Both the position numbers and the translations under genes were made by a program. The notes beneath the pieces are model-generated. The model was not told where the DNA came from. It made no database searches and saw only the letters and a list, made by a program, of their open reading frames with translations. A stretch of 63,848 nucleotides of DNA, filler included, from Licmophora abbreviata (Eukaryota), in NCBI GenBank assembly GCA_900291995.1. It is 8 parts of 8 records of this genome, joined end to end, with 100 filler letters (N's around TTAATTAATTAA, not from the genome) between each part and the next. Parts side by side here need not be neighbours in the genome. Positions count along the whole stretch, not along the records: positions 1 to 28,677 come from OLMU01002691.1; 7 more parts are not named here. The stretch is one strand, 5' to 3'. Of this stretch, positions 12,914 to 26,519 are shown piece after piece; position 1 is the first letter of the stretch, and every line of letters begins with the position of its first letter.

Positions 12914-15001
12914 ATGAAGATTTCAGTCACTGGACTTACAGTGTTGTCGCTGGCGCGTTGGAGTGGTACAGCGGACTCGTTCACGTCGCAGGACATCAGT
13001 CTCCAGATCCTCTTTCGTTGCTAGTAGTTCATCATCATCTCGGCTGTTTTCGACGACAAAAGACAAAGATACCAAGACGAAGCCTGAAACAGAGTCCGGC
13101 ACGCCCAGCATCGAAGGGCAGTCCAAAAATGAAGAGATCAACATTGATCCGGACGCTGAAGGTCTTCCTTGGTGGTGGGATATGGTATGGAAGCTTGACG
13201 TCATGAAGAAGGGTGAACCCGGCGAGGCCATCATCTTTGGAGATTCTGCCAATGTCTTGCGCACCAACATTGAACAGATCTACGGTGGATACCCTAGTTT
13301 GGATGGATGCCCTCTTGCCGAGGGAGATATTAGTGATATTGCCAGTGGCACCATGTTTATTGGACTCCAGCGCTATCAACAGAATTACGGATCCCCGTAC
13401 AAGCTGTGCTTTGGCCCCAAGTCGTTCCTCGTCATTTCAGATCCTGTTCAAGCAAAACACATTCTTCGCGATGCCAACTCACTTTACGACAAGGGTGTCT
13501 TGGCGGAAATTTTGGAACCCATCATGGGGAAAGGGTTGATTCCTGCAGATCCGGAGACCTGGAGTGTGAGACGTCGTCAGATTGTACCGGCCTTTCACAA
13601 GGCATGGCTCGACCACATGGTAGGACTCTTTGGACACTGCAACACGCCTTTGATTGAGAATCTTGACAAAATAGCAGCTCAAGATGGAAAGGTTGAGATG
13701 GAAGAGCGTTTCTGCTCTGTGGCACTTGATATCATTGGCTTGTCCATCTTCAACTACGATTTTGGAAGGTAGGTGATGTCGTTGTTCGCTTTGTGTGGTA
13801 CATGGTTGCGCGGTTGCGATTTTTGTTGAAATTCATGATCATGCGCCACTACCCTTCTTCTTTCAGTGTGACGAAGGAAAGTCCAATTGTGAAAGCAGTG
13901 TACTCGGCGTTGGTGGAAGCCGAACATCGTTCCATGACCCCAGCCCCGTATTGGGATATTCCACTCGCTAATCAAGTGGTTCCTCGCCTCCGCAAGTTCA
14001 ATTCGGATTTGCGATTGCTAAACGACGTACTCGACGATCTCATCGATAGGGCTAAGAATACTCGTGTCGTGGAGGACATTGAAGAGCTGGAAAATCGAAA
14101 CTACGCGGAAGTCAAAGATCCGTCACTACTTCGCTTCCTCGTAGACATGCGAGGCGCCGACATTGACAATAAACAGCTTCGTGATGATCTCATGACAATG
14201 CTCATTGCAGGTCATGAAACTACTGCTGCTGTTCTTACATGGGCCTTGTTTGAGTTGACAAAGAATCCAGAATGCATGGCAGCAGCACGAGAGGAGATCG
14301 ACCGCGTCGTGGGAGACCGCACGCCGACCTACGAGGACATCAAGGAGATGAAGTACCTGCGCCTCGTTGTGGCAGAGGCTCTGCGGATGTATCCGGAACC
14401 ACCGCTCCTCATTCGACGCTGTCGAAGCGAAAACAACATCCCTAAGGGAGGAGGGCAAGAAGCCCACGTCATTCGAGGCATGGATATTTTCTTGTCCCTC
14501 TACAATATTCACCGCGACGGACGATTCTGGCCTGAACCGGATACATTTGACCCACTTCGATTTACGAGACCTTATTCGAACCCTGAAATTCCAGAATGGG
14601 AAGGGTTTGATCCAAAGAAGTGGGAGGGAAAGCTGTACCCGAACGAAATCGCCTCCGATTTTGCGTTCCTGCCGTTCGGGGGAGGCTCACGAAGGTGTAT
14701 TGGAGATGAATTTGCTACGCTGGAGGCGACCGTGACTTTGGTATGTAAAACTTCCCGTGAAGCTTGAGGTCACAGTCGATCGAAATCTTATCTCTCGCAT
14801 TGATGTTTTCCACAGGCAATGGTCTTGCGTCGCTTTGAGTTTGAATTTGACCCTGAGTTCGCGACGTCGGTCCCTATTGATGGCAATACGTCCGACCTGG
14901 ATCACCCCGTCGGAATGAAAACGGGTGCGACCATTCACACCCGCAGTGGGCTACATATGGTGGTGAAGAAGCGAAACACCAGCAACGATTCGAATGAATA
15001 G
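12914..15001 (+). CDS. CYP97B: Cytochrome P450 CYP97B (carotenoid hydroxylase-like), plastid targeted
   Basis: KGVLAEILEPIMGKGLIPAD, DDLMTMLIAGHETT, EALR, heme motif FGGGSRRCIG; introns 13769-13866 and 14741-14815; signal peptide MKISVTG...ADSF from 12914 lies in another frame. Confidence 0.93.
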
Positions 15002-15095
15002 TACAAGAAAATGAATACGCATGTATAACTCATCACAATCATTACTTTGATACCCAATTCTGCGACTTCTGATAGTACAGCAACCCCACTTGTGC

Positions 15096-16913
15096 CTACA
15101 GATACCTCCACTTCTGCGGGAAAACAGCATCGTCCATGATCATTTCGTGTCGGAAGGCGTTGCGCAGGTGCGTATCAGTCGTATATGTGAAGTCCGTAAA
15201 TGAGATGGCGTCCCTTGGAACGCCCGTTACAATAAGGGTCGTATCGCTTGGTACAATTTGGCTTTCGTGCATGTTCGGATAGTTCTGTATTTGAGCGGTG
15301 TATGTGTGCTTAGCAGCTTCACCTTCTACCGCATAGCTGTCTCTTGACATGATTCGACAAGGTCGGAGATACATGTACTCGGGCACTCCCCAGTGTAACG
15401 GCTCCCAACTTTTCACAATCGCGTGGTTTGCCATGTCCATGTTTGTGGCTTCTTCCGGTATGTATTCATAGACACAGCTAGTCACGACTGATATTGGGTA
15501 CGGCTCGCTTTTTTGCTCGTCGATTGTTCTAATCAGCTGCAACTCCTTCATATTCATGTCAGCAGCTGATAAGTATTTGGCAGAGGTTGGAATCGGGTTC
15601 CAAGTGAGAATGTGCTCCTCCCATGCCGCTTGCCATGCGATACCATAGTCGATAAAGATTTCATCGCCCTCCTTGATGTCTTGAAGAGCTACGTACTCCA
15701 GGGTAAGTCCGATGTCCAAGGCGTCACCGAGTTCTAGATCGGTCATGGTTAGCCACTCCTCGTTGTGTTGACTTGAGGACTTGTGAGTTGACCAACGAAT
15801 GGCGGCGTTGGGCTTTGGAGAGTGGTTGATGAAGCTCGTTCCTGGTCCGATGGGGCACAGGAGCATGGCCGTTGTCTTGTGGCCAAAGCAGTAGTTAAGT
15901 AGAAGCTGCTTTGATACGACGACGTTGTCAATAGCGGCCGAGCCGTCATCAGCAATGTGAATATCGAACATGTCGAGGGAGCTCTTGTCCGGCACGTGAA
16001 CCAAGGGTGCGGGTGCAACAATAGACCCGCTGGCGAGATTACGAGTAGCGAACGCCCCTTTTCCGGCTCGTGGGATTGTCGATGGTCCTTGACGAATGTT
16101 ATCGATACAGATGCCGTTCTCCTTCAGCCACTTGGGAGACCTTGTGGCTTGTGTTTTTGTGTCCGTTGTGTCAGCCCAGGATGATGGTAGGAGGTCGCGA
16201 AGACTTTCGTCCATCGGAGACAGTTGAACGACGTTCCAGAGATTGGATCGAAACTCGGCAGTTACTTCAGGACCATATTTTGCCTCTAGCTCTTGATAAA
16301 GTTTGTAGAAGTCCTTCACTCGACCGTGATTCACGGAGAGAGTGTCAACGGGATAGCGGGAGTCAGCGTCAGGATCTAGAAACCAGCTGAATCCATTTTG
16401 GAAATACAACTCTTGACCGGCAGAAATCATGTCAGTTGCAATCAGCTCAGACCCCGGATAGTAAGAAAAGGCACCGGCTGACGAATCACGGCTTCGATGG
16501 ACCCCCGAGTTATCATGGTCGGATTGAGTTAGCATGACATTGGCAAAATCGGGGTTTCCACGTACGAGCGAGCCCATGCCCAACCCGGCAGAGTTGACGT
16601 CGATACCTTCGTGAACACCACCGACATCAACCGGATCCCACACAAAGCTACTCCACATCCCCCACCATCCTTCCTCAGCACCATGATCAGGTGAGTTGTG
16701 AGTGGGAATGTCAACGAGAGGGACCACTACATCGTTCCGTGTGACCACGGTCCCGGGAGATATATCAGAGCCAGCAAAAACTCCCATTGTTAGGCGTCCT
16801 CGATCATCCAGCGTTTGTGCCAAGTACAATCCGCAAGTTTCCACTTCCTCTGCAGCCCCAGAGCTAAAACCTGCTGTGGCAAGAGCCACGGCGAGACTGA
16901 CTGGTTGCTTCAT
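15096..16913 (-). CDS. Secreted tandem SET-domain protein (diatom-type putative lysine methyltransferase)
   Basis: Signal peptide MKQPVSLAVALATAGFSSGAA; SET1 CGLYLA..MGVFAG..ISAGQELY; SET2 STIPRAGKGAFATR..INHSPKPN..IKEGDEIFIDYG; C-terminal FRHEM. Confidence 0.85.
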   Translation of the reverse strand: MKQPVSLAVALATAGFSSGAAEEVETCGLYLAQTLDDRGRLTMGVFAGSDISPGTVVTRNDVVVPLVDIPTHNSPDHGAEEGWWGMWSSFVWDPVDVGGVHEGIDVNSAGLGMGSLVRGNPDFANVMLTQSDHDNSGVHRSRDSSAGAFSYYPGSELIATDMISAGQELYFQNGFSWFLDPDADSRYPVDTLSVNHGRVKDFYKLYQELEAKYGPEVTAEFRSNLWNVVQLSPMDESLRDLLPSSWADTTDTKTQATRSPKWLKENGICIDNIRQGPSTIPRAGKGAFATRNLASGSIVAPAPLVHVPDKSSLDMFDIHIADDGSAAIDNVVVSKQLLLNYCFGHKTTAMLLCPIGPGTSFINHSPKPNAAIRWSTHKSSSQHNEEWLTMTDLELGDALDIGLTLEYVALQDIKEGDEIFIDYGIAWQAAWEEHILTWNPIPTSAKYLSAADMNMKELQLIRTIDEQKSEPYPISVVTSCVYEYIPEEATNMDMANHAIVKSWEPLHWGVPEYMYLRPCRIMSRDSYAVEGEAAKHTYTAQIQNYPNMHESQIVPSDTTLIVTGVPRDAISFTDFTYTTDTHLRNAFRHEMIMDDAVFPQKWRYL

Positions 16914-17782
16914 GGTCCATGTGAGAGGCCAAATATGCAGATATGACCGAGTTTCCAACAGAGTGACCGCAGATTTCATCAGGCGCAATCGAAAAATTGC
17001 AAGTCCTTGGGATTTATGCTGAAGATGTCATGACAGATGAAGATTTAAAATTAGTATGACCATTCCAATGCTTTGGTTATGCTCTGATGACCGCCGCTGC
17101 CACAACGTCAAGTTGTATCCAAAATACTTAATCCTATGACAAAGACTGGTCAGATGGCGTCATATTTACGAATACATTCATATTTATGCACTGAACATTC
17201 TATGCCGCCAAAACGTCTAAACGGAATTGTCTATGGTACACTTAATGGATCACTTTGACAATTTCCAGCGTCATGGTCTATAGTTTTTCTATTTTTCTTT
17301 CATAGAATTATGATGACGAGCGATGGAAAGTGTTGATCCCGTTTTTTTCATTCTTTTTATAACTCTCTGGTGTCTGCGGTACAGATACACCCCCGACGCT
17401 CGGAACTGCAAAGAGTACTTAACTGACAAAGCCCCAGTACACACGAGCCACTACACCACTCCGCCCACTTCTTCTTTGTGTACAATAGTAGCATCCTTGA
17501 GTTGCCCATCGCAAATTAGTCTTGAGCAAGGTAAACAGGAAAGAGCAGGCATTGAGCCTGAACTTATTAAAATGGAAGGTCAAAGCGCGAAGGGATTGGA
17601 TTTTGCTTCCGCATCGTCACAAGCCGGCTGGCGAATCTTTGTTGGGTTCACTTTTTGCCTGCTGCCAGACTGTCGATGAGTTGGCGAAGTATTTCACTTT
17701 GCTGTTCTGTTCAGAGTCTGCTTCAACTCATCTGGTCTCTCAATCGTCCTCGTCTTTCTAATTTGCTGAATCGTAGCGCAGG

Positions 17783-19362
17783 ATGGCGTTCCCGCCCAGC
17801 CAAGGCGATGAGATTCTCCCTCCCCATGTACGGGCATCAGCAGCGGCACTTCCGACGTCGAGATTGAAGAAGGCCCCCGACGCCCCGCGGCGCTTTAAAT
17901 CTGCCTACATCTTCTTTTCTACGGAAAAACACAAGGAAACCAAAGAGCGCCTAGGGGACAACATCAAAGTAAGCTCAGGGCTGTGTTTATAATGACGATA
18001 CTGTGATGCTCTATTATTGCCATCCTTTCTCACCGTCGCCGCTCATACACACAGACGACGGAGGTTGCCAGAGAATTAGCGGAAGAGTGGAAGAAGCTGT
18101 CGCCCAAGGATCGAGAAAAGTGGGAGGAAATGTCGAGACGCGACAAGCTTCGATACGAAATGGAAAGAGATTCGTATGTCGGACCGTGGAAGGTTCAAGC
18201 TCCAAAACGAAGTCGGAAAGACCCGACGTGAGTTGTATTTGGGGAGCTGCATTGCCGATATTTGTTCGATTAGCGCTTAACCTCACCGTATTATCAATCG
18301 GATTGTGTTGACCATTATAGGGCGCCCAAGCGACCGCCGTCCGCCTTCTTTGACTTCTCCAACAGCAAGCGAGCGGGGATCAAACGGGAGAATCCCGACG
18401 CCGACAACGGTACCATTTCCAGGATTCTTGCGCAGATGTGGCGAGACGCTCCGGAGGAAGTGAGAATGCAGCACATATCCAAGGAAAAGAAGCTGCGCGA
18501 GGTCTACAAAGTCGCCATTGCCGAGTGGCGTGAGAAGGATGAGAAGAAGAAGGAAGACATACGCCATCAGCGTGAAGAACGCGCCCTCAAGAATGTTGAG
18601 AGAGCGAAGTCCCTAACGATTCAGGAAGCTTATAACGCAGGTGCTTCTGAATACGCGAGTCTTCCCCGTGCAGACTATGCTAGTTTATCCCGTCAGTCCC
18701 AAGGACATGCCGGAGGGTACCCCGGGACTTACATGGGACAAGGACAAGGAATGTCGGCCGCATCGCTGGCTGGTAGCTACCCAGGCCATTTTGGAGGTGG
18801 GTATCTCCGCCAAAACGATTACAATCCTGGAGATGCCATAGGCACACAGGCGCGATCGCTTGAGCAACTCATTCTCGCTCGGCAGCTGGAGGAGCATAAT
18901 GCTGAACAGCAACTGCAGAATACGATATTACTTCATCAGCAGATGTTGGCACAGCATCGGCATCAGGAGGCCGAGCAAGTACGTAACATTCAACTTGCTG
19001 CAACACAGCAGCTGCCTCAACACCCCTACTTTCAAGGATCTGGGTTGGCACGTCAAGAAGGGGGCCGCTTAGGCTACACTGGTGGGCGAGGGCCCGTTTA
19101 CGGTGATCCAGCGTTGCTTCGACAATATGGTGGGGCTTTGTTTGGAATGCAGCAACAGATGTATCTCGATCCGTCGGGAGTAGGGCATGCTCCAGACTAT
19201 GCCTTCCCAGCGCAGGATATTGGCACTGCACAACGGTTAGTTGACCAAGGCCAGTCGATGGAGGGGCGTGGAACTCAGAGAGCCGGAGAAGCGGCAGTTG
19301 GTCCGGTCGACACCGAAGGACCGAGGGACGAATCACCTCCCTCGGCGTCCGAGAACGATTGA
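17783..19362 (+). CDS. Tandem HMG-box transcription factor
   Basis: Exons 17783-17968, 18055-18227, 18321-19362 splice in frame; PDAPRRFKSAYIFFS and DPTAPKRPPSAFFDF HMG boxes; Q/G-rich tail. Confidence 0.9.
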
Positions 19363-19575
19363 ATGTAACCAGTAGTCTTGACCGTGTGCGGACGCCTAGC
19401 TTCAAGTTTTAACGAGTTGCTTTTGCGACTGCCGATTGCGCACGGGATTTGCGTATTGACGAGGGGGGTAAAGACAGCTGAAGCGGCGGCAATTTCTCCT
19501 GTTCACTGGGTTGAGTGGAGTCGCACACGCTCACCCACAATAAACCATGAAGTAACTTTTTCTCTGTATTAGCCA

Positions 19576-22500
19576 TCAGGCAATGGCTCTATTTGCTAGT
19601 GAAGGGCTGGTTTCGCCGACATGGTCGGCGCTCTCGTCAGCACGAACACGGCCAATCTTCTTGACTCCGTCAAACTGACATCTACAGTCGCAACCGCTCA
19701 CAGGACATGTTTCGTGATTAGCGAACCACCCGATCAGATGGTGCGCATGACCGCCATGCTTGCATCGCATACACCACGTAAACCACTCAGCAAAAGGCAG
19801 ATTCGACGTCCTTTCTTTCGTCAACTCGGTATACGGATTCAAGCATCCTAGCGACAGCAAACATACGGAGCATCGCGGAAGAGGCTTGCGGCAACGAGGG
19901 CAACACGCAAGGACTGACTTTTGCTTTGATAATTTCGAGAGCCATTGGTTTGCGGTTCCTGCTTCTTGTCGACGAATTCCAGACAGCGGCATCGAGCAGT
20001 AATTGCAGCGCGCTTCAATTTGTGCTGGCACACTGAGTTGTATGGGCACGGTAGGGGTCTGATGATTGCCTCCCTCTCTCCCTTTTCGTTTGCGGAGCCG
20101 TTCCGCTCTATCAACATCGAACATTGCGCGTGATTGCCACATCTGCCACGTATTGAGAAGCGATCGGTAGCAATCGACCCATTCTGATGCCATGGCTCGC
20201 TCAACCTTCCACTCAGGAGGAAGATTTACTCGACCGCTAACAAGCGCGGCTGACTGAATGTCAGCGAACTTGTCCACGTACGCCGACAGTATCCGAAACC
20301 CTTGCTTTTCGAGTCCAGTGATCACGATCCCCTCGATGTCGCCAAACTCTTGACAACTCTTGACACATTCGTTCAGGTAGGCTATTAAGCTTCGTTTGTC
20401 AAGAAATCGACAGGCGAAGGCAACGCGATCGCACAAACTCAACATGCCGTCATTCAATACAACATCAAGATTTCCTTCTTCGGTGTTCTTTATGAGCGAG
20501 GAACACATCGCAAGAAGATACGCGACTCTTCTATTTTTCTTCCGTTCTCCTGTTAGATCCTTTCGTTGCATAAGACTCGAGCACTCCCTCTGCCACACCT
20601 TGGATGAACGATTCTCGGGATCCCCTCCCCTGTATCCCGCAATGCACATTGCAACGAGACGAAGAGATTCGCCGTACCCCTTTGGATGTGACGGAATCGT
20701 CTGGTCAACGTGAGCATCAATCGAATCTGCTCCTCGATGTAGCGACTCGATCGCAGATCCAATATCATCGTGCCAGAGGGCCAATGCAGCTGCACGCTCG
20801 AATTGCCCGTCGGCTTCGCATTCGGCAAGAATATCGGAGAGTCCCAACTGCCCGAACGTCCATCCGCACGATGCCAGTGTAGCCCTAGAGGCATCGCGAA
20901 GATCACGACGAGTCAGCATCAATTTTGTCAGCTATTCCCATAGCCACTATGTTCTATCGAAACTCACCTTCGTCCGGGACTCAGATAAGTATTACAAAAC
21001 AATGTTTCAGAGAAGTCCATGATGTCCCCAGCCTCGGCTTCGTTCTTTGAGTACTCCATCTGTAGTAGAGTCAGGGCTCCAGAGTCCAAAATGCCGGATG
21101 CTGGCCATATACTATCATCGTGCTCAGCAACGTGTTCCTCGTCGACCCCACATAGCACGTCAACCCGATGAATCCAGCTCCACAGCTGAACCAGCGAAGA
21201 GCGTGTCTTCGACTGGACGTCATCAACCAACACGAACACGCTCTTGTCTTGAAGGAGCTGCTTTTCCTCTGCCAGCATTTCCATATTCGCAACCGCGTCC
21301 ATGGAGTAGCGTGACGTATGTAGACAGCGAGCACGATGTATCATGGTGGCAGAGACGTCCTCGCCATATTGAATCGCTGAAATATTCATAGACAGAGCAC
21401 CTAGAAAACAAACTCAGCGAGAGACAGGAGGCGATTGAGTTCGCTACCGCAATGCAAGCACGTACGATGGGAACATGTAGACTCACTGTCCGGAGCTGAA
21501 TCAATCCAGATTGTACGCCCCAAGCTATGAGCAAGGGACCCATCGCGCCATGACACCATTAGTGGGGCTTTCGTATGCTGTGGAATATCATCTACACTGC
21601 GATCCGATGATACTGCCAACATACGGTGCTGGTACAGTTCCGACAGAAGTGTTTGAGATGACGGGAGACAAATATCTGTGTTGGAATCGGTGTTGAAAGT
21701 TGCGTCGCCAAGCCTGGGAGTCGGCGTGTCGTTCATCGGTTGAAGAGCCATGTCTAGCACGGGAAGTTCGCCCATGCGGTTCAACCCTGTGAGCATCGGC
21801 CTTGAGCCCATCGCAGTTGTATCGTAGAGCTGTATCGCATTACCAACAGCCACCGACAATCTTCCGTGATTCAAATATGACCACTTGATTGCGCTGACAC
21901 TCGAACCGGAATCAAGTGAGACACCAACGACATCTTCGCTCGGTTCCTGGTTTTGGTTCAAACTGAGCTTGATCTCGGCAAGAGACGTTTCCATATTTCG
22001 GGCATCCCACAACTTGATTGGCTCTCCAGCCAAACGGCTGAATGTCGCAAACACATTCGGTCTATGAGGATCCACTTCAATCCCATTAACCGATTCTCGA
22101 TGGGCCCACACGGAACTCGAAAGCGAGCTATTTCCAGACATGCGCAAATCGTAAAGCTGCACATATCGCATCTGACAACCCACGGCAAGAGTCTGTCCCT
22201 CCTGCAACCACGCCAAGGACGAGACACCTGAACCATGAGATAATTTTGCCAATGGCGACACAGTCGTTCCTACAAATATGGCGTTCAAGCAAGAGCATCA
22301 AGTGTTTTGCGTGAGTCCTGTGACCTCGTGTCACCTCGCATTTCAAACCCTCGAAAGTAGACTGTTCTTACCCTTCATGCTGGACTCTCGTGAATGCGAC
22401 TGGGCCTCAACATCCCACAATAGACAACAGAACTCACGATCTCCACCACCGCCACTGCTCGCACGAGATGCCCCTCCACGACGACCCGCTCCCGCGACAG

Positions 22501-23299
22501 CACTTCCCGTCCCCCCGAGGCCAACGGCGACATGTGCAGGCCCCTCTTGAGGTCTCCACGCCACGGCCGTTGCAGGACGATGATGCCGAGGCGTAAAGTA
22601 TTCCACCGACGAAAGAAAAGAATTGCTGGAAGTATGCTGTAGTGGTAAAACGTTGTGCACACACAAGGCTCCCGTCGTGAGACCCGTCGCACAGGCATTC
22701 GGTATGTCGGATGGCGTGGTGGATGGGTTAAAGGACAGACAGGTGCTTCCTACGTTGCTCCCCAACTGCGGATTTCCTCTCGACACAGCCACAATGGAAC
22801 TCTGGAACACACGACCTTTCTGCCGTTCCTCAAAATCCGTCACAAGCTGCAACCGGCGAAGTTCCAGCAAGACAGGTCCTGGCTTTTTCAGTCTTGGCGA
22901 CGAAGTGTGTGTACCTACTGTGGGTTCTTTCCAAACTTGGGGCAGTCCTAGACGGTCAGTCGGGGGGATGCAGTTGATACAGGCATACAAGTCATGCTGC
23001 GACGGACAAAACTGAACCAACGCCGGCTGCATGCGACCGCCAGAGGCCGAGCGCGCCAAAGGCTTCAAGCTAGATGCTTCCGAAGCGGGGGGCGGAGAGG
23101 TATTTCCGGCCACTGTCGTGGGCTGATGAGTGCGAGCTGCCGGAGGCGGAATGACCGACGATGATGGAATTTGGCCCCGATGGGCGAATTGAGGCGAGTA
23201 ATGCGGACTGGAGGATAGCGACGACCGAATCACGGGCCGCATCGGAGGGTACGGAGCGTCGTTCAGAGAGGCACTTCGGTCCTTGGTTGAATTCGACAT
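19576..23299 (-). CDS. MIOS: GATOR2 complex subunit MIOS/Sea4 (WD40 + C-terminal zinc finger)
   Basis: Introns 22270-22371, 21401-21486, 20885-20967; WD repeats; DRVAFACRFL, CPRCRKPLPRCSVC, WFTWCMRCKHGGHAHHLIGWFANHETCPVSGCDCRC. Confidence 0.92.
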
Positions 23300-23662
23300 G
23301 GTTCCTCCTCAAAATTACAAATAAATCAACAGATTTGAAGCGCTACCGTCCTGGTTAGCAATTTCAAAGGGAAGCGCAACAAATCGGTTGTCAGGCGAAT
23401 AACCAACGCAAGGGGATCCGTAAGATGCACACGCTGCCATCATCATGGTGTGCCGGCGGCTCGGATCTCTCGGATCTCTCGGATCTTGCAGTTTCGAACG
23501 ATCTTTCGAGCTCCCTCCATCTAGCGCGCCAAAAACCTCGCGACCAAAATCTTTAAAGCTAAAAACAAACATTGTGTCAGAAATCTCCCAAATTTTGAAA
23601 TTGCCAAAAACTTTGGAGCCACAATGAGGACGAGCACAAAACTCACACAGCAAAGCTTGACC

Positions 23663-24261
23663 ATGGCCGACGCTCCGATTCCTCCACCTTCTTCCGGTGC
23701 ACCCGCTGCTCCTCCCCCGGGTGTCCCACAGCCACTGCTCCAACAGCAGCAACAACAGATTGCTCAGCAGCAAGCGATGATGCAGCAGAGGCCTCCCGCA
23801 GCAGCTCCTCAGATGCCTCCGGTTGTGAGCAGCGTTGCACCTCCTGCCCCTGCGGTGGCTGCTCCTCCACAGCCTGCCCACAACAAGAGTACTCTCCCGA
23901 TTCGTGCGTACCTCGACCAGACTGTCGTTCCCATCCTACTTGACGGTGAGTTGATTCCTATGCAGCCGCATGTCATAAATTGACAATATTTCCAAGCACG
24001 ACCACACAAGAGATCGGATCCCGAGCGCTTGATGGCTTGATAGTATTGTTAGCGTTGATCGTGCTTTGCCTTGTGCTGCTTGACGAGTCCCGGTGTCAGT
24101 TTCAAATCCCATCTTACGTCAAACTATTTTCCTTTCTCCCAGGAATGTCGGAACTCGTCAAGGAACGTCCTCCAAATCCCATCGAATGGTTGGCGGCCTA
24201 CCTATTGAAACATGATCCGCAAAAGGCGGGCCAGGCTCCAGCGGCGGCGGCTCCTCGCTAA
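23663..24261 (+). CDS. DPY30: Dpy-30 motif protein (COMPASS subunit-like)
   Basis: LPIRAYLDQTVVPILLDG|MSELVKERPPNPIEWLAAYLLKH across intron 23946-24142. Confidence 0.9.
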
Positions 24262-24560
24262 AGAGTGACTGCATCCTATCATTGTTAGCAGTATGACGAA
24301 GACTTGGATACTGGGATGAAGCAAGCGGATCGATCTGGGGAATACTATCCGTATGGAATGGTGGAGACGAAGAAGGTGAACTACAGTAATGCGGCATGAG
24401 GCTGGGAGAAGTCGCTTATCATAGTAGTTTTATGGTCGTGTTTTACTCTTTTTCTAGCTAGGTTTCATCGCAAGGCTTACGAATGATCGAGATGAGTATA
24501 GCACGTACTTGTAGGATAGTATCACCATCGACTCGACTCCGACAAGTGTCCCTACGGCGT

Positions 24561-25052
24561 CTAATTTATCAAATAGAAGTACAAACTACCCCAAATGATA
24601 TCGATAGCTCCCGCCATTGCCCAGCACGCTCCGAATCCAAGTAGAAATCGTCGTTGCGAGGCAATCTTCTTGGTAAAGTCGGTAGTTCCGGGCTGAGGTA
24701 GATCCATGAATGCCAATTTTGCAAAGTACAAGGACAGACCGGTGCATGTGGCGACTCCTGTATACATGCATGTGGGACAGGACTGGTCATTGTTGTAATT
24801 GAGGTGGTGTGCATCATCGGATGATATTCGAGACGCAATCGCGACGTCGTGGGTCGATATTGAGGATACTCCGCTTCGATCGTTTTCCTTGTCAGCAGCA
24901 TCACAGCGTGTTATCGTAGTGTTGTGGGTGACGATGGGCGGCATGACCATCATCTTCATAAGATCGATCACAGGAGGAACGCCGCATCGTTTCATTCTTT
25001 CAGACTCCATCACGTCGTCCTCCTTCGGCCTCCGTCGTCCAGGATGCTGCAT
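24561..25052 (-). CDS. DUF4536/DMAC1-like small membrane protein
   Basis: SCPTCMYTGVATCTGLSLY and C-terminal hydrophobic FLLGFGACWAMAGA; start uncertain; C-terminus probably shifted to YRYHLG*. Confidence 0.55.
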   Translation of the reverse strand: MQHPGRRRPKEDDVMESERMKRCGVPPVIDLMKMMVMPPIVTHNTTITRCDAADKENDRSGVSSISTHDVAIASRISSDDAHHLNYNNDQSCPTCMYTGVATCTGLSLYFAKLAFMDLPQPGTTDFTKKIASQRRFLLGFGACWAMAGAIDIIWGSLYFYLIN

Positions 25053-25297
25053 GTTGATGGGTAATGTGATGAAGTTGCGATGAATGATGTGTTTCGATTT
25101 TTGATTTTTTTGGTTTGGAATCCTGCGCTCTCTCGAAAGAAAAGTCGTTCCATTCGTGCGCTGCTGAATGATGACGTGTTGAACGAACACTGGTGCGAAC
25201 CCCCAGCAATGACCGTGGTAGAGACTTGTGTAGAATTGTACGTGCGGCGCACCTTGCAAGGGCGTTTGAATCCGAAGAGAGCCTGTATCAGTACTGA

Positions 25298-26399
<1,102 letters not shown>

Positions 26400-26519
26400 T
26401 ATCTGCGTGTGTGGAAAGGCCGTAGTCGACTCAAGTGCTCATTAGAAATTGATGAAAGAGGTGATAGACTACATGTTATGGAATCAATCAAATCCAATTC
26501 TCTACTACGACACAAAATG

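Noticed and set aside
23460..23487. (CTCGGATCT)x3 repeat
   Set aside because: Short minisatellite without spacers; not CRISPR-like and no evidence of function
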